This document shows positions 26,991 to 39,224 of a stretch of 64,000 nucleotides of DNA, piece after piece (position 1 is the stretch's first letter; every line of letters begins with the position of its first letter). Position numbers and translations under genes: made by a program. The notes below the pieces were generated by a model. It saw only the letters and a list, made by a program, of their open reading frames with translations, had not been told where the DNA came from and ran no database searches. Origin of the DNA: Fimicolochytrium jonesii (lineage: Eukaryota). The stretch spans positions 62,001-126,000 of the forward strand of contig NW_026515669.1 of assembly GCF_025526975.1 (NCBI RefSeq). Reading direction: 5' to 3'.

Positions 26991-27713
26991 CGAGTTCATT
27001 TTTTCGACTTTTTTGGTCAGTTCTCTCTCTCTTGTGATCACTATGACGTACGTATGAATCATGCAAGCCCTCTGCGTACGTATGTTTGACAGCGCGTGTT
27101 GAATCTGTGGGACTTCAGCCTCGCTCCGTTCCCAACACAACACAACAATCCCCCCCCAGGCCCATTTACACAATCGCCGCTCGAGACTTCCATGAGTCCG
27201 AGGCATGTGATTCCCTGAGTCCCAACGAGAGCCGTGTGTTGGTTATTGGGCGGCTTTCGCGAACGACAGAACGTCATCCATCCAGGTATGAATCAACATG
27301 CGAGATATATCTCTCATGGCTGTCATTTATTGATTGAGGCATATCGCCGTTGTGTGGATGGATGAGCGGATGTGGTTGTTTATGGAGGTGTCGAAAACCC
27401 GTTTTGAGTGGGTTCTCACATGGGAGGGGTGCCAGTTGCGTGGGGGGGGGGGGGGGTGGGGGGCTATTGATTGAATAGCGCGATGACATCACCACCCGCG
27501 CGCGTCCCTTTCCCTTCCGGGCTGCGTTGCGTGTTGCGATGCGGATGTGTGGGTTTCGGAAGAGAGGAGGGACGGTTCTTGCCACATGATGATATCTCTC
27601 CCAGACTCGGACTGCCTGGAGTGTGGCGAGATGATGACACCATCGCCCGTAATGTCTGTGCTTCCCCTCCCTTCCTGAGCATTTCAACCGTCCCCCCCCC
27701 CCCCCCCCCAAAC

Positions 27714-27720
27714 TATAAAA
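27714..27720 (+). promoter_or_regulatory. Candidate TATA box of the LEA-like gene
   Basis: TATAAAA ~200 bp upstream of ATG 27915, directly after a long C run. Confidence 0.45.
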
Positions 27721-27914
27721 CAACCCCTCGCTCGTCCGTCCGCTCTCGGTTTTCTTGTTTTCCTTCGTTCAAGTCCATCCATCCACTTCTCAAAGCTCAG
27801 GAGCTAAAAAGAGATCTATATCACAACACAACATTCGCTAAACCCCCCTTTTTTGAATCTACACACACCCATCTTGGATACTCCACCCTTTTTGAAACAA
27901 GCATACCAACGAAC

Positions 27915-30900
27915 ATGTCTTCGTACACTACCCAAACAGACCCGACTCTCGCCGTCGTCACGGAGCAGACCACTCTGGCCCAGACTGGGAACCCCGATCA
28001 GCCGATTGAGAGGATCGATACCGTCGATATTCAGCCCGTTGTTGTTGAGGAGGAGGGACTACCCTATGGTGAGACTGCTGAAGGTATGTACGCGAGAGCG
28101 GTTGTGTGCGGCGAGCGTTGGCGGGCCAATGCATGTTTTGTGATGACAAATGACAAACCGCGAGCGAAGCGAGCGTGGGTGCCCTGTCTGCAACGACCGA
28201 AGCGAGGTGCAGGACTGGTTCTGTGTGAGAGACCGATAGGTCGAACAGGGCGAACGCTTTCTGGTTTGCGATGGGAGCGGCAAGCGATAGCGTGCGAGTC
28301 CTTGAACATGGGTCTTAGCGAGTCCTTGACCATGGGTTTTAGCGAGCCTCAGCGAGCACCCTTTGGCGCAAGATTCCCCTCATCCAACCTCCACTTCGCG
28401 ACTTTCAGTCATCCAACCATCGCCGCAACATACTCATACCTTCTTCCTCCCGCAGCCGTGCCCAAGACGTCGGCCTCATCGTACATCCCATCCGCATCCA
28501 CCATTTCTTCTTACCTTCCATCGACCGAACAAGTGAAGGACACTCTCGCGAGCGCGGCCACCACAGCAAAGAACGTTGCTGGCCAGGCTGCTACCGTCGC
28601 TGCCGGCGCTACCAGGTCAGCAGCGGATACCATCCAGCAGTCCGGCGCGATACCCAAGGCCAAGGAGCTTGCTTCGTCAGCGGCTTCCACCGTCGCTTCG
28701 GGTGCTCGCTCTGCGACCAACGCCGTCACCTCGTCAGTGTCCGCACCGTCCACCGCCACGGCTCCCACAACGTCCACGGTCGCCGGCTCCAGCACGGTCG
28801 TGCCTTCTCCCGTCTCGTTGTCGGAGGTTCCCGCCGGCAGCGTGATCTACGTCGCGCAGCCCACAGCGCCTGAAACCGCTTCGACTGCTCCTTCGTCCCG
28901 TGCGATCTCTGGAGCTCAAACCGCTGGTTCGACGGCGGGTAACATTGCTGGTACCGTCGCCGGTACCGTCTCGGCGGCCGCCAACTTGGCCAAGGAAGCT
29001 GCGGTCGGCGTCACCAACAAGGTCTTTGGAGCTGGCACTACCGACACTGTTCAAGCAAAGGCTGGAGAGACAGTCGAATCTGCCAAGCAATCCGCCATCG
29101 GCGCAAAGGAGTCTGCTGTGCAAACGGCCATTGGCGCGAAGGAATCCGTCAAGGCCAGCCTGCCTGGAACGTCGACCACCAGCAGCGCCTACAGCACCAT
29201 TCCATCGTCTGAGGAGTCGCCCATCTACGCTGCCCGTGAAGCCGCCTACGAGACTGCCCCGCAAACCACCGGCTACATTGCCAACGCTACCGAAGCAGTC
29301 AAGAACACCGCCGCGAACGTTCAGCAGGCCGCTGCTAGCAAGGTCGGCCAGGTCCAGCAGTCCGCGCTTAACACGGTCCAGCAGGTGCGCGAGCAAGGCC
29401 CCGTCACCACCGCTTCCTCCGTTTTGTCCAAAGTTGGAGCTGGAGTCGGAACGGTCCTTGGAGCCGTCGCCGGATCCGTCGTCGCTGCTACTCATGTCGC
29501 TACCGACGTTGCTTCCGCTGCCATCGGCCGTCCTCACGAGCACAGCACCCTCCCAGCCCAGTACGCTGGTGAACAAAAGGCCCGCAACATCGAACACTCT
29601 CTGCAAGAGAACAAGGACCGGGCTGTCGGTGCTGTGAACGAGGCTGCTTCCGCCGTCGCCAACTCCCAGCCCGTGGTGGCCACCACTTCCGCCACTCGCT
29701 CGGCTTACGACTCGGCCCAAGCCAACGTTATTGCGGGTTCCACCCTCGTCGGCGACGCGGCCCACGTCGCTTACGACAAGACCGCCCAAACCGCCGCTCA
29801 GGCCCGTGACATCGGCGCCTCGACCTATCGCTCCGCCGCTGACACGACTAACGCAGGTGTTGCGGCCACCAAGGACACCGCTGCTTCGGCTTACAACAAG
29901 GCGGCAGAGATTGCGGCTCCTGCTGTGAACACTACCAAGAGCGCTGCAGCGACTACGTACAACACTGCTGCGGGTCTTACCCAAGCTGCTGTGGATACCA
30001 CCAAGAGCGCGGCTTCAACTACTTACAACACTGCGGCGGGATTGACCCAGTCCGCGGTCGACACGAGCAAGGGTGCTGCTTCGTCGACTTACAACACCGC
30101 TGCTGGGTTGACCCAATCTGCCGTCGACACGACCAAGAACACTGCAGGAGCTACCTACGACAAGGCCGCTTCCTACTTGCCCACCTCCAAGTCGGCGACG
30201 ACCACCACCACCACCGCGGAGCACATCTCGGCTCCCCTTCCCCCCACCACGGCATCTCACTCGCACCTCGGGAGCCCCGCGGGTATCGCCGGGGCTTACG
30301 GCAGCTCGGCCCCTCACCAAGCTCACACTGGTCTTACCGACGACTCTGCGATCGCCGCGGTCTTTGTCCCCTCGGACCAACGCACCCCCGCTCAACAAGC
30401 CGCGGTCGACGCTGCGTTGAACAAACCCTCCCTCCCAACCCCAACATCGGCCCCCGCTTACTCCCCTACCGCCGACCTCCTCAAGGACACGACCTACACC
30501 GCCCCCACCACTTCCACCGGTGTCAAATCCGTCCTCCCCGCCGACCTCACCTCCGCCGAACTCGCCTCCCCACCCTCCGACGACACCTCCACCCGATCCC
30601 TGCCCACCTCCTCCGCCGACGAGCGTGAACGTTTCGCACCTTCTTCCCTCGGCTCGTCAACCCACACCGCCCCCTCTTACGACGAGCAGCGTTACGAGAA
30701 GCCCGCCAACACGTCGTCCCACGCCGGTTCCATCGCCGACCTCTCCGCTCTGCACCCGGAAGCCGCCCCCTCGTCGACGCAGGTCAACGCCCTCCCGTCC
30801 AACCCGCCCTCGGCTGCCTACACCAACACGCAGCCGTCTGAGCAGAGGGAACACGTCCATGTGTCGATTGGGGAGAAGTTGAAGACGAAGGTGGACAAGA

Positions 30901-30980
30901 TCTTCCACCCGAGCGCGCATACGCAGGATAAGCACCGTGTGGCGCCGGCGGAGGGTGTTGCTCACGGGCACACCCACTAA
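27915..30980 (+). CDS. Ala/Thr/Ser-rich protein with 11/22-residue repeats (LEA group 3 / perilipin-like amphipathic repeats)
   Basis: Starts MSSYTTQTDP. Probable in-frame intron 28084-28455. 22-aa repeats AASTTYNTAAGLTQSAVDTTKS x3 (66-bp units at ~29930-30140) and 11-mers such as AKESAVQTAIG. Confidence 0.75.
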   Translation: MSSYTTQTDPTLAVVTEQTTLAQTGNPDQPIERIDTVDIQPVVVEEEGLPYGETAEGMYARAVVCGERWRANACFVMTNDKPRAKRAWVPCLQRPKRGAGLVLCERPIGRTGRTLSGLRWERQAIACESLNMGLSESLTMGFSEPQRAPFGARFPSSNLHFATFSHPTIAATYSYLLPPAAVPKTSASSYIPSASTISSYLPSTEQVKDTLASAATTAKNVAGQAATVAAGATRSAADTIQQSGAIPKAKELASSAASTVASGARSATNAVTSSVSAPSTATAPTTSTVAGSSTVVPSPVSLSEVPAGSVIYVAQPTAPETASTAPSSRAISGAQTAGSTAGNIAGTVAGTVSAAANLAKEAAVGVTNKVFGAGTTDTVQAKAGETVESAKQSAIGAKESAVQTAIGAKESVKASLPGTSTTSSAYSTIPSSEESPIYAAREAAYETAPQTTGYIANATEAVKNTAANVQQAAASKVGQVQQSALNTVQQVREQGPVTTASSVLSKVGAGVGTVLGAVAGSVVAATHVATDVASAAIGRPHEHSTLPAQYAGEQKARNIEHSLQENKDRAVGAVNEAASAVANSQPVVATTSATRSAYDSAQANVIAGSTLVGDAAHVAYDKTAQTAAQARDIGASTYRSAADTTNAGVAATKDTAASAYNKAAEIAAPAVNTTKSAAATTYNTAAGLTQAAVDTTKSAASTTYNTAAGLTQSAVDTSKGAASSTYNTAAGLTQSAVDTTKNTAGATYDKAASYLPTSKSATTTTTTAEHISAPLPPTTASHSHLGSPAGIAGAYGSSAPHQAHTGLTDDSAIAAVFVPSDQRTPAQQAAVDAALNKPSLPTPTSAPAYSPTADLLKDTTYTAPTTSTGVKSVLPADLTSAELASPPSDDTSTRSLPTSSADERERFAPSSLGSSTHTAPSYDEQRYEKPANTSSHAGSIADLSALHPEAAPSSTQVNALPSNPPSAAYTNTQPSEQREHVHVSIGEKLKTKVDKIFHPSAHTQDKHRVAPAEGVAHGHTH

Positions 30981-31722
30981 GGCCTTTTTTCATCCCTTGC
31001 CCTTTGTCCTTGAGTGAGCGGGCTATGCGATTTGGAAATCATGCCCCCTTCACTACCTACCTACTCTCGAGTGTATTTGTGTCTTTTTGTTGCTCGATCC
31101 TACTCCCCTCTTTTTTGGCTTCACACCCCACCGCTTGCAAAAGCTTTGTATGGCTCGATTTTTGTATAACGGATGTGAGATTTTGAATACATTTGATAAA
31201 AAAAACTACTTTGGTCTGCGGTTGGTGTTGGTGATTGCATTGGCGTTCTCTCCTTAGAGCTTTGTCGAATGTGTGTGGTTGGCTAAATCGACATCGCCAC
31301 AGCCCTGATGGTAGAGTATACGATCTTGCACACCACAACCTCATCAATCGGTCGCGCATCCCTCCCCCAAGTCCTCGCATACGCAAGGTCTGACGACCAC
31401 CCTACACATCGGACCACAACCCGATCGATAAATCCCCAATTCGTCAAAAGCAAACATCTTTACAAATGAATCTGTCCATGTCCATACCCCAACATCCCTC
31501 TCCCCACGGTCCCAGATCGAACCACATGACTCAACGCCCACCCTTTTCCTCGCCCCGCAAGTCTCGAAAGCGTGTACGCACTGGATAAGTGGAGACCATG
31601 GTTTTCGTTCTCGAGTGTATGGGTGGATGAAAGCCAGGGATTTGCGAAAAGGTGGCAATCGAACAGCCGTGGTGGCTATGCTCGGAATGATGTCTGGGGC
31701 GTCGTCACCAGATTTGTGGCCA

Positions 31723-31860
31723 GCATATACTGTTTGGCGTAGTGGCGAATCTTCCTGGTCTGCAGACGTGCAGGTCACCGGTTCGATTCCCACGTCCTTC
31801 AGCTCAGAGTATGACCGCGTCAGTGGTATGTTACCTGAATGCACTTTCTTTTTGCTTTTT
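31723..31860 (+). ncRNA. tRNA-like Pol III element (pseudo-tRNA, SINE head or small ncRNA)
   Basis: A box TGGCGTAGTGG (31735) and B box GGTTCGATTCC (31780) at tRNA spacing, CTGCAGA at the anticodon-loop position, T-run at 31845-31860. The cloverleaf stems do not pair. Confidence 0.5.
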
Positions 31861-31924
31861 GTAACACTCGCGCTGAACACCCGTCACACGGAGGAATGAA
31901 AGAAGAAAAAGACAAAAGGAGATG

Positions 31925-31996
31925 TGCATCCGCCGAGATTTGAACTCGGGCCACTCGCTTGGAAGGCGAGTATGTTGACCACTACACCACGGATGC
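31925..31996 (-). tRNA. tRNA-Gly(TCC)
   Basis: Reverse complement of the 26919-26990 tRNA. Confidence 0.97.
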
Positions 31997-32395
31997 TTGC
32001 TTATTTTGGGTTTACATGCCTACGCTTTATTCTTACGTTTATCGCATACTTCGGACATGTCTTCCCCACCGGTTCATTTCATTCTGGCGAGTTTCTTGGA
32101 CTTTCTCTTGTCTTTTGTGCGTGGAAACTTTCCACTCATCTCCGCAAGATCATCGCTCTTGACCTCACCTCTCGGTCAACACTCGTCTCCCGGCTCACAT
32201 AGTGGAGCTTATTCACTTGTAAGTGCCCGCCTGCCGTTGAGCCGTGCCATCCAGACCTGAAGGATTCCTGTCATTGTCGTCCGAGTTTGTGAGTTGCTGA
32301 CCCGTTCGTCTTTTCTTGCTGCGTTCTCTCAGGGATACGACAGGGTTTTCTACAAAGTCAATTGCATCTTTATTCTCCTTACCACCGAGTCCGCC

Positions 32396-35300
32396 ATGGA
32401 AGCGACACCAGAGAACTTTGCGGCGCTTTCGCACTATCTGGTGCAGACGCTGGATCCTACCACGCAGAAAGCAGGTCAGTGCGGGGAATTCCAACCCGTT
32501 GGGGAGCCAGTTGGGTCCTCGATAGCCGCTTCTTTACTCACCAACGCATCTGGGGAACGCCGTTGAACAGCCGAGCAGAGTCTAGCGACCGTGGAAACAC
32601 AGCCGAATTTCCCGATAGTGCTTCTGAAGCTGGTGCAGAACCCTGCCACCGAGCAAACGGTTCGGTTCGCTGGATCCATTTATTTCAAGAACTATGTGAA
32701 GAGGCATTGGAGTCCGGTGGGTACATGGCGCCAGGTTTTCTGTTACTTGAGGAGGATGGGGTTTGCCGAGTTCTGATATGTTTTCCTGGATGGCAGGAGG
32801 ACGGAGCGCAAGATGTGATCGCTGTTCAGGACCGCGATGCGATAAAAACCTACATCGTCGGACTCATGCTGAGTGTACCGCATGGGATCCAGATGCAGCT
32901 TGGCGAGGCTGTGTCGATTATCGCCGATATGGACTTTCCCGACTCTTGGGAGGGGTTGATTCCGGTATGCATTGGGGGACCTCCGTTTGGTTGGAAGCAG
33001 TGGGTGAGGACGGAAAATGGAATAGCTGCTGACGTCGGGGAACTGGTTTTAGGAAATCTTGAGCAAGATTAGCCCCACCGATTTTGAGTCCAATGCTGGT
33101 CTGCTGCAAGTTGCTCACTCCATCTTCAAGAGGTATGGCTCTGGGGTTACAGACCCAGTCAGTGGGATGGCGGACGTGGGCTAAAGGGCACATCTGAATA
33201 TAGGTATCGGTCTGCAATGAAGTCGAATGCTCTCTACATCGAAATCAAATTCGTTATCGAGCAATTCGCTGCTCCGATGTTGTCTCTCATGCAGGTTAGC
33301 ATGGTCATTCCACACCTTGTAGTGTCACAATTGAGTTCTCATCAATCCTATTTTACAGGCGGTCGATTCGGCGATCGATGCAAATGCTGGCAACGCGGCT
33401 GCTCTGCAGCCATTGTTCACATCGCTACTCCTCCTGACCCGAATCTTCTACGACCTCAACTTCCAGGATTTGCCGGAATGGTTCGAAGACAATCAAAAGG
33501 GGTACATGGTGATTTTCTTGAAATACCTCAGCTATGCCAACCCAGTCCTGAACACCGACGTATGTATAAGCTGAACGATGTAGGTCGAGCAGAGGGGTTG
33601 TTGACTTACTTACGGCCATTCGCAGACGGACGACGAAATCGGGCCAATCGAAAAGGTCAAGACCGCCATTTGCGAGGTCATTGATCTGTGGGCCAAGAAG
33701 TATGAGGAAGAGTTCAAGGACTGCCGGGAGTTCGTGACCGTAACATGGGGCATGATGACGAGCGCAGGAACAGAGCAGAAGTACGACCTCCTGGTCAGCA
33801 AAGCCATCGGCTTCCTGACCACAGTGGTGCAGTCAGGAAAAAACCACGACCTGTTTGCCAACCCCGACACCCTGCGGAGCATCTGCGAACAAGTCGTGCT
33901 GCCAAACATGATGCTGAGGGAGTCCGATGAGGAGTTGTTCGAGGACGACCCCATCGAGTACATCCGCCGAGACCTGGAGGGATCCGATACCGACACCCGC
34001 CGCCGCGCGGCATCCGACCTCGTGCGTGGGCTCCTCGAGCACTTCGCGAAGGAGGTCACGGGCATCTTCTCAACATACGTGTCGCTCAACCTGCAAGCGT
34101 ACGAGAAGAACCGCGAGGACAACTGGAAAGCCAAGGATACAGCGATCTATCTGATCACGTCGTTGTCTGCCCGATCGTCCACGGCGCAAATGGGTGTCAC
34201 GAAAGTCAACGAGTTTATGGACGTCCTGCCGATCTTCACGACGCACATCTTACCTGAGTTGCAGAGCCCGGCGGAAGGATCTTCGCATCCGATCATCAAA
34301 GTCGACGCCATCAAGTTTTTGATGATTTTCAGGAGCCAGCTTACGAAGGATCAACTGTCCAGTGTGTTCCCTTTCCTGCTGAACCACCTGCTGTCGACGA
34401 ACTATGTGGTTTACACATATGCGGCCGTTTGTATTGAGCGTGTGTTGGCGACAAAGATGGAGAACGGGGCATTCCAGTAGGTCTTCCCTTGCGCTTCCAC
34501 TTGGTTTCGCTTCTGAGATGCTGACGCATTGAATAGGTTCCACGAAGGAGACATCGCCGCGGTTGCCCATCCCATTCTAAAGCACTTATTCGATTTGATC
34601 GAGAAGAATGGGACAACGCCGGAGAAGTTGGCGGAGAACGACTACTTGATGAAAGGCAAGCAACCTTGCGTTCGCTTTGAGAGCGTACCGGTGGACGTCA
34701 TCTGACTCGTACTTCCACCCACAGCCGCGATGCGCATCATCATTGTAGCGAAGCATGATTTGGAGCCGGTTGCGGTTGAGATGGTTGGACGATTGACACG
34801 AACCATTGAGGCGCTCAGCAAGAACCCCAGCAACCCCAAGTTCACACACTACACTTTCGAAGCCCTTGCCGCTCTCATCAGGTATACCCGGAGTGGGCCG
34901 TAACCCTCACTCTTTTTGGGTTAACTGATCTTCTATGCTTTTCTAGGTTCATCTGCGCACGGAAACCAGCACTAGTAACCGAATTCGAAGCCCTGCTAAT
35001 CCCCCCTCTCGTCGCCATCATCGACCAACAAATACCCGAGTTCATGCCCTACGCCTTCCAAATCATGTCGCAGATGCTGGACTTCCACCCCGTCGGCCAG
35101 GTACCCGAAACGTACCAGAAGATGCTCCACTCGCTGTTGATGCCTGTGCTGTGGCAATCGTCTGGAAACATCCCGGCTCTGATCCGTCTGCTCCGGTCGT
35201 ACCTGTGTAAGGCGCCAACGCTGTTTGCCGATGAGAAGGTGTTGCAGGCTGTGCTGGGGATATCGCAGAAGTTGATTGGGTCGAAGATCAACGATCATTG

Positions 35301-36227
35301 TGGGTTTGAATTGTTGTGTGCTGTGTTTGAGTTCATTCCAAGGTACGTGTGCGAACCTCATTCGCATCCTTTCTGCCGACACTTAAACTGAAGCTGCCTC
35401 CCTCTTCTTTTTGTAGCCAAGCGCTGAAAGCGTACATCCGGAATATTCTCACTGTGCTGCTTACGCGCATGTCGCAGCAAAAGACATCAAAGTATACGCG
35501 CGGCTTCCTCAACTTCATAACGTTCACATTCATGCTGAAGAAGGAGGACTATGATGTGGATGTTGTTGTCGGTGCTTTCGACTCCATTCAGAACAAGTTA
35601 GTGGTGCAGCTGCGGAGGTCATTAACATAATTGGGAACTTTGCTGATAGTCCTCTCCCCCTTTCCTCCACGCAGCCCTTTGTTCAGCAATGTGTTGCAGA
35701 ATATCCTGATTCCGGAGCTTGGCGTCATGATGGCGCCCAAGGAGCGCAAGTCGGCCATTATTGGGTTCGGAAACTTGCTTGGTCAGAGCAAGATTATGCG
35801 TACCGCCCCATACATTGTTATCTGGTGAGTTTTGGATCCCGCTCATGTCGACATGAGGTGATCACATCACTGGAATGCTCGCTAACGCACGTCGCATCTC
35901 GCTCCTAGGCCTAACCTGCTGAGCCACCTCGTCTACCTCTGCGACACTCCCCTGGCGCAAAACACATCCACCACCGAAGAAGAGGAGCTCTACACATTCG
36001 ACATCGAAGATAACGCCGGTTACTCGGCCTCCTTCTCGAAGCTCACCGTCGTTGGCCACCAAGACAAGGACCTCACCGCCGCCGTCCCCGACGCCCGGAG
36101 CTTTCTCGCGCAGAACGTACTCGAAGCCGTGGCGAGCGACCCCAAGGTCCGGGAAGCCGTCAACGCCGAGATGGCGCGCAAGTTCAACGAGTACCTGACT
36201 GCTGCTGTGCCTGCCCCGTTGCGGTAG
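32396..36227 (+). CDS. CSE1: Exportin-2 / importin-alpha re-exporter, multi-exon
   Basis: IBN_N-type FKNYVKRHW, DFPDSW, DLPEWFED, DEELFEDDPIEYIRRDLEGSDTDTRRRAA, NDYLMKAAMR, KNPSNPKFTHYTFE, EFMPYAFQI. Confidence 0.96.
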
Positions 36228-37190
36228 TCCGACGGAAATGAGATTAATGGATCCTTTTTTTACTTGAGAGCAGGTTTCAGGCGTAGCGTAGGGTCTTCCC
36301 CTCCCCGGCAATCTTTCCCGCATATTGTGTTTGTCGTGTAGTTGCTGCTCCACCCCGTTTGTGCGCACCTTAATTTAGATAGAAGTTCTTCACTCCTGTA
36401 AAGCCATCCCTTCCCCCCGTCTTCCTCAACGTCACGTCATAATCCTCCCTGCCTCCGCTTCATCGAATCATCGAGAGCTTGATCAGAACAGGTTCCTGAG
36501 TTTTGGTGGTTCCCTGTCTTTCCCGTTTCGTTGTTGATCTGGACAGCCTGCACGCGCCAAGTTGTTCGGACAAGTTTCGGATAAATGGAGCGCCCTTCTC
36601 CCCGTCGATCCTCCGACTTTCCCACGGACTCGATTTGGCATCTTCCAACGCTCGTTGATCTCCGTACCGACCCCATCCACACCTGCGCTCTATAGTTATT
36701 TTGGCAATCGGTGTCGTGAACGCGGGTGCCAACTTCGCGTACAAGCAAGCCCACTTTGCAGCAGGATCATCTTCGCCTCCCGTCACACCTGGTGAACTTC
36801 TCGGACGGAACTTCTCGGACGACAGGCTGACTGTGCTATATATATATGGCTGTGTTTTTGAGCAGTCTAGCAACCAGGTATCATACTTGCGGGGTATCAT
36901 CGTTGGGGAAGGCCGAGGGCGGGTGTTGTTTATATAAACGCGTTGTGACTTTGCCACGTGACCTTCGTCCTTCTGCCGCTCGGTCCGTCTGGATGCTCCT
37001 CGGTCTCTCTGCGAGTGGGACGGACGCCCATCTGCTGCAAACCTCCCCAGAGACTCATCACTCACCAAGACTTATTACAGCCCCACACGCTTGTTCAGAA
37101 GCAGCTCCCTTTCTTTGGTGCCGTTTCTCAGCAGCCGCCCACCGCCTGTTAGGCCGAAAAAACAGCTCCGATCCAGATAAAACTTGCACC

Positions 37191-38972
37191 ATGTCCGATA
37201 AGAAGGCCACGAGCACCGCAGGCGCTGGCGGCGACCAGCAGCAAGATCCAGCCGCTGCCTACCAAGCCTACGGCAACTACGACACTAACGCTTACTATGG
37301 GAGTGCTACCGGTCAATATGGGCAGTATGGCGCGACTGGTGGTATGTTGAAGACTTGGAGATCAAATTCTCATACCGCCTAGCGATCCGATCACAAGGGC
37401 CATGACGCCTAATCTACCTTCTCTTTTGTTCAACACAGACAACGCAGCCTACGCACAGCAATACGCCGACTACTACGCATCGCAAAGCCAGCAGCCATCC
37501 GGTGGTTACGGCGGAGGTGACCAGAAGACCGGTAGCGGCGGCGGATACCAATCACGCGACGACAAAGGTGGTTATGGTGGCGGCAGCGGCGGCGGCGGGA
37601 GTTACGATAACGGATCCCGTGGCGGCGGTGGAGGAGGATACCAGTCGAGAGACTCGTATGGAAACGGTGGCGGCGGTGGCGGGTACCAGGCGAAAGACTC
37701 GTATGGAGGCGGGGGAAGGTCTTCTGGCGGAGGATATGGGAGCGAATCTGCGAGCAGTGGCCCTGGTCCTACTAATAGCCGTAAGCATACGGGTGTTACA
37801 TGAGTGTTTGATATGTGCGGGGAACTTTGCTGATGCGTGAGATTTCGAATATCCACAGAAGGCAAAACGCTGAGTGAGGATACCATCTACATTACCGGAT
37901 TACCGAAGACCGCCACTGAGCAGAAGCTGATAGGTGAGTATTCCATTCCTACCATCGATCCGCGATCAATGGAGTTCTCACTTCTTTGTCAACCTGTTTT
38001 AGACCATTTTGGAAGCATCGGGATCATTAAAATGGACAAAAAGACCATGAAGCCAAAAGTGTGGGTCTATAAGGACAAAGTGAGCGGCGTCCCGAAAGGG
38101 GATGCTACGGTGACATACGAGGACCCCCATTCCTGCGATGGTGCCATCAAGTGGTTCAACGGTATGCACAGACAACACAACTGAGCATATGAGTTGTCCT
38201 GAGCTGACAATCTCGTTTCTATCCTCAGGCAATGACTTTGAAGGCTCGAAACTGAGCGTCGAACGCGCTGAACAGAAAGCACCTCCACCAGGCGGATGGC
38301 AGAGCAGTCGTGGCCGAGGCCGTGGTCGCGGAGGAGGCTTTGGAGGAGGTGACCGAGGTGGTGGTGGTGGCGGCGGGGGCGGTTTTGGCGGACGAGAAGG
38401 CGATTGGAGCTGTACATGCGGCAACACGAATTTCGGTAAGTCGTTGCTTTGCGTCACATACTTTTTCACCTTGGCACCGGGGGATGGTATTCACAGCGGT
38501 TTACTGAATAATTGCGCATTTCCAGCCAGAAGATTCGAATGCAACAAGTGTGGAGCCCCGAAACCCGGCGGCGGTGACTCTGGCGGCGCGCCTTCATCTC
38601 GCGGCGGATATGGTGGGGGCCGAGGGGGCGGTCCGGGCGGAAACCGACGTGATGGGGACTGGAACTGCGAGTAAGTTCCCTCGTTTTGTCTCAAGCGATC
38701 CACATTTCAAGCGGAATACTCACCCATAGTCATATCTTTCATTTTACAGCGGCTGCGGAAACGACAACTTTGCCTCCCGAACTAGCTGCAACCGTTGTCA
38801 TGCACCCAAACCATCCGGAGGAGGCGGCGGCGGCGCCAGTGGTGGGGGTTACGGAGGCGGTCGCGGCGGCGGGGGTGGTGGTGGAGGAGGATATGGAGGC
38901 AGCTCATACGACCGCGGGGATCAGCGGTCGGATTCGAGGAGGGATAGGAGGGATCATCCTTATGCTCGGTGA
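37191..38972 (+). CDS. FET-family (TAF15/FUS/EWS-like) RNA-binding protein
   Basis: N-terminal Q/G/S/Y-rich region. RRM with the FET-type loop (TIYITGLP...FGSIGIIKMDKKTMKPKVWVYKDKVSGVPKGDATVTYEDP). RGG tracts, two RanBP2-type fingers (GDWSCTCGNTNFARRFECNKC; GDWNC..CGNDNFASRTSCNRC) and a C-terminal RRDRRDHPYAR PY-NLS-like end. Confidence 0.9.
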
Positions 38973-39224
38973 TTTGTGTTGGGAATATTGTAGGGTTGGC
39001 GGGTCATGGGATGCGCTTTTGAGGTGGCCCATGCGTTTGTAGAGTAGATTATCCGGGGGGGGGAGGTGTTGGTGCACAACTATGTATAGGTTGCTTGTTT
39101 TCTTTTTAAATGTTGGAATGCCGCCTTTCTCTGCCGCCCTGGGGGGGCAACGCGTCGAAACTACTGTACTGTACTTCTCCGTCCGACTCTTTTTCTCGCC
39201 TCGGCTTCCACCCTTCCAACCACA

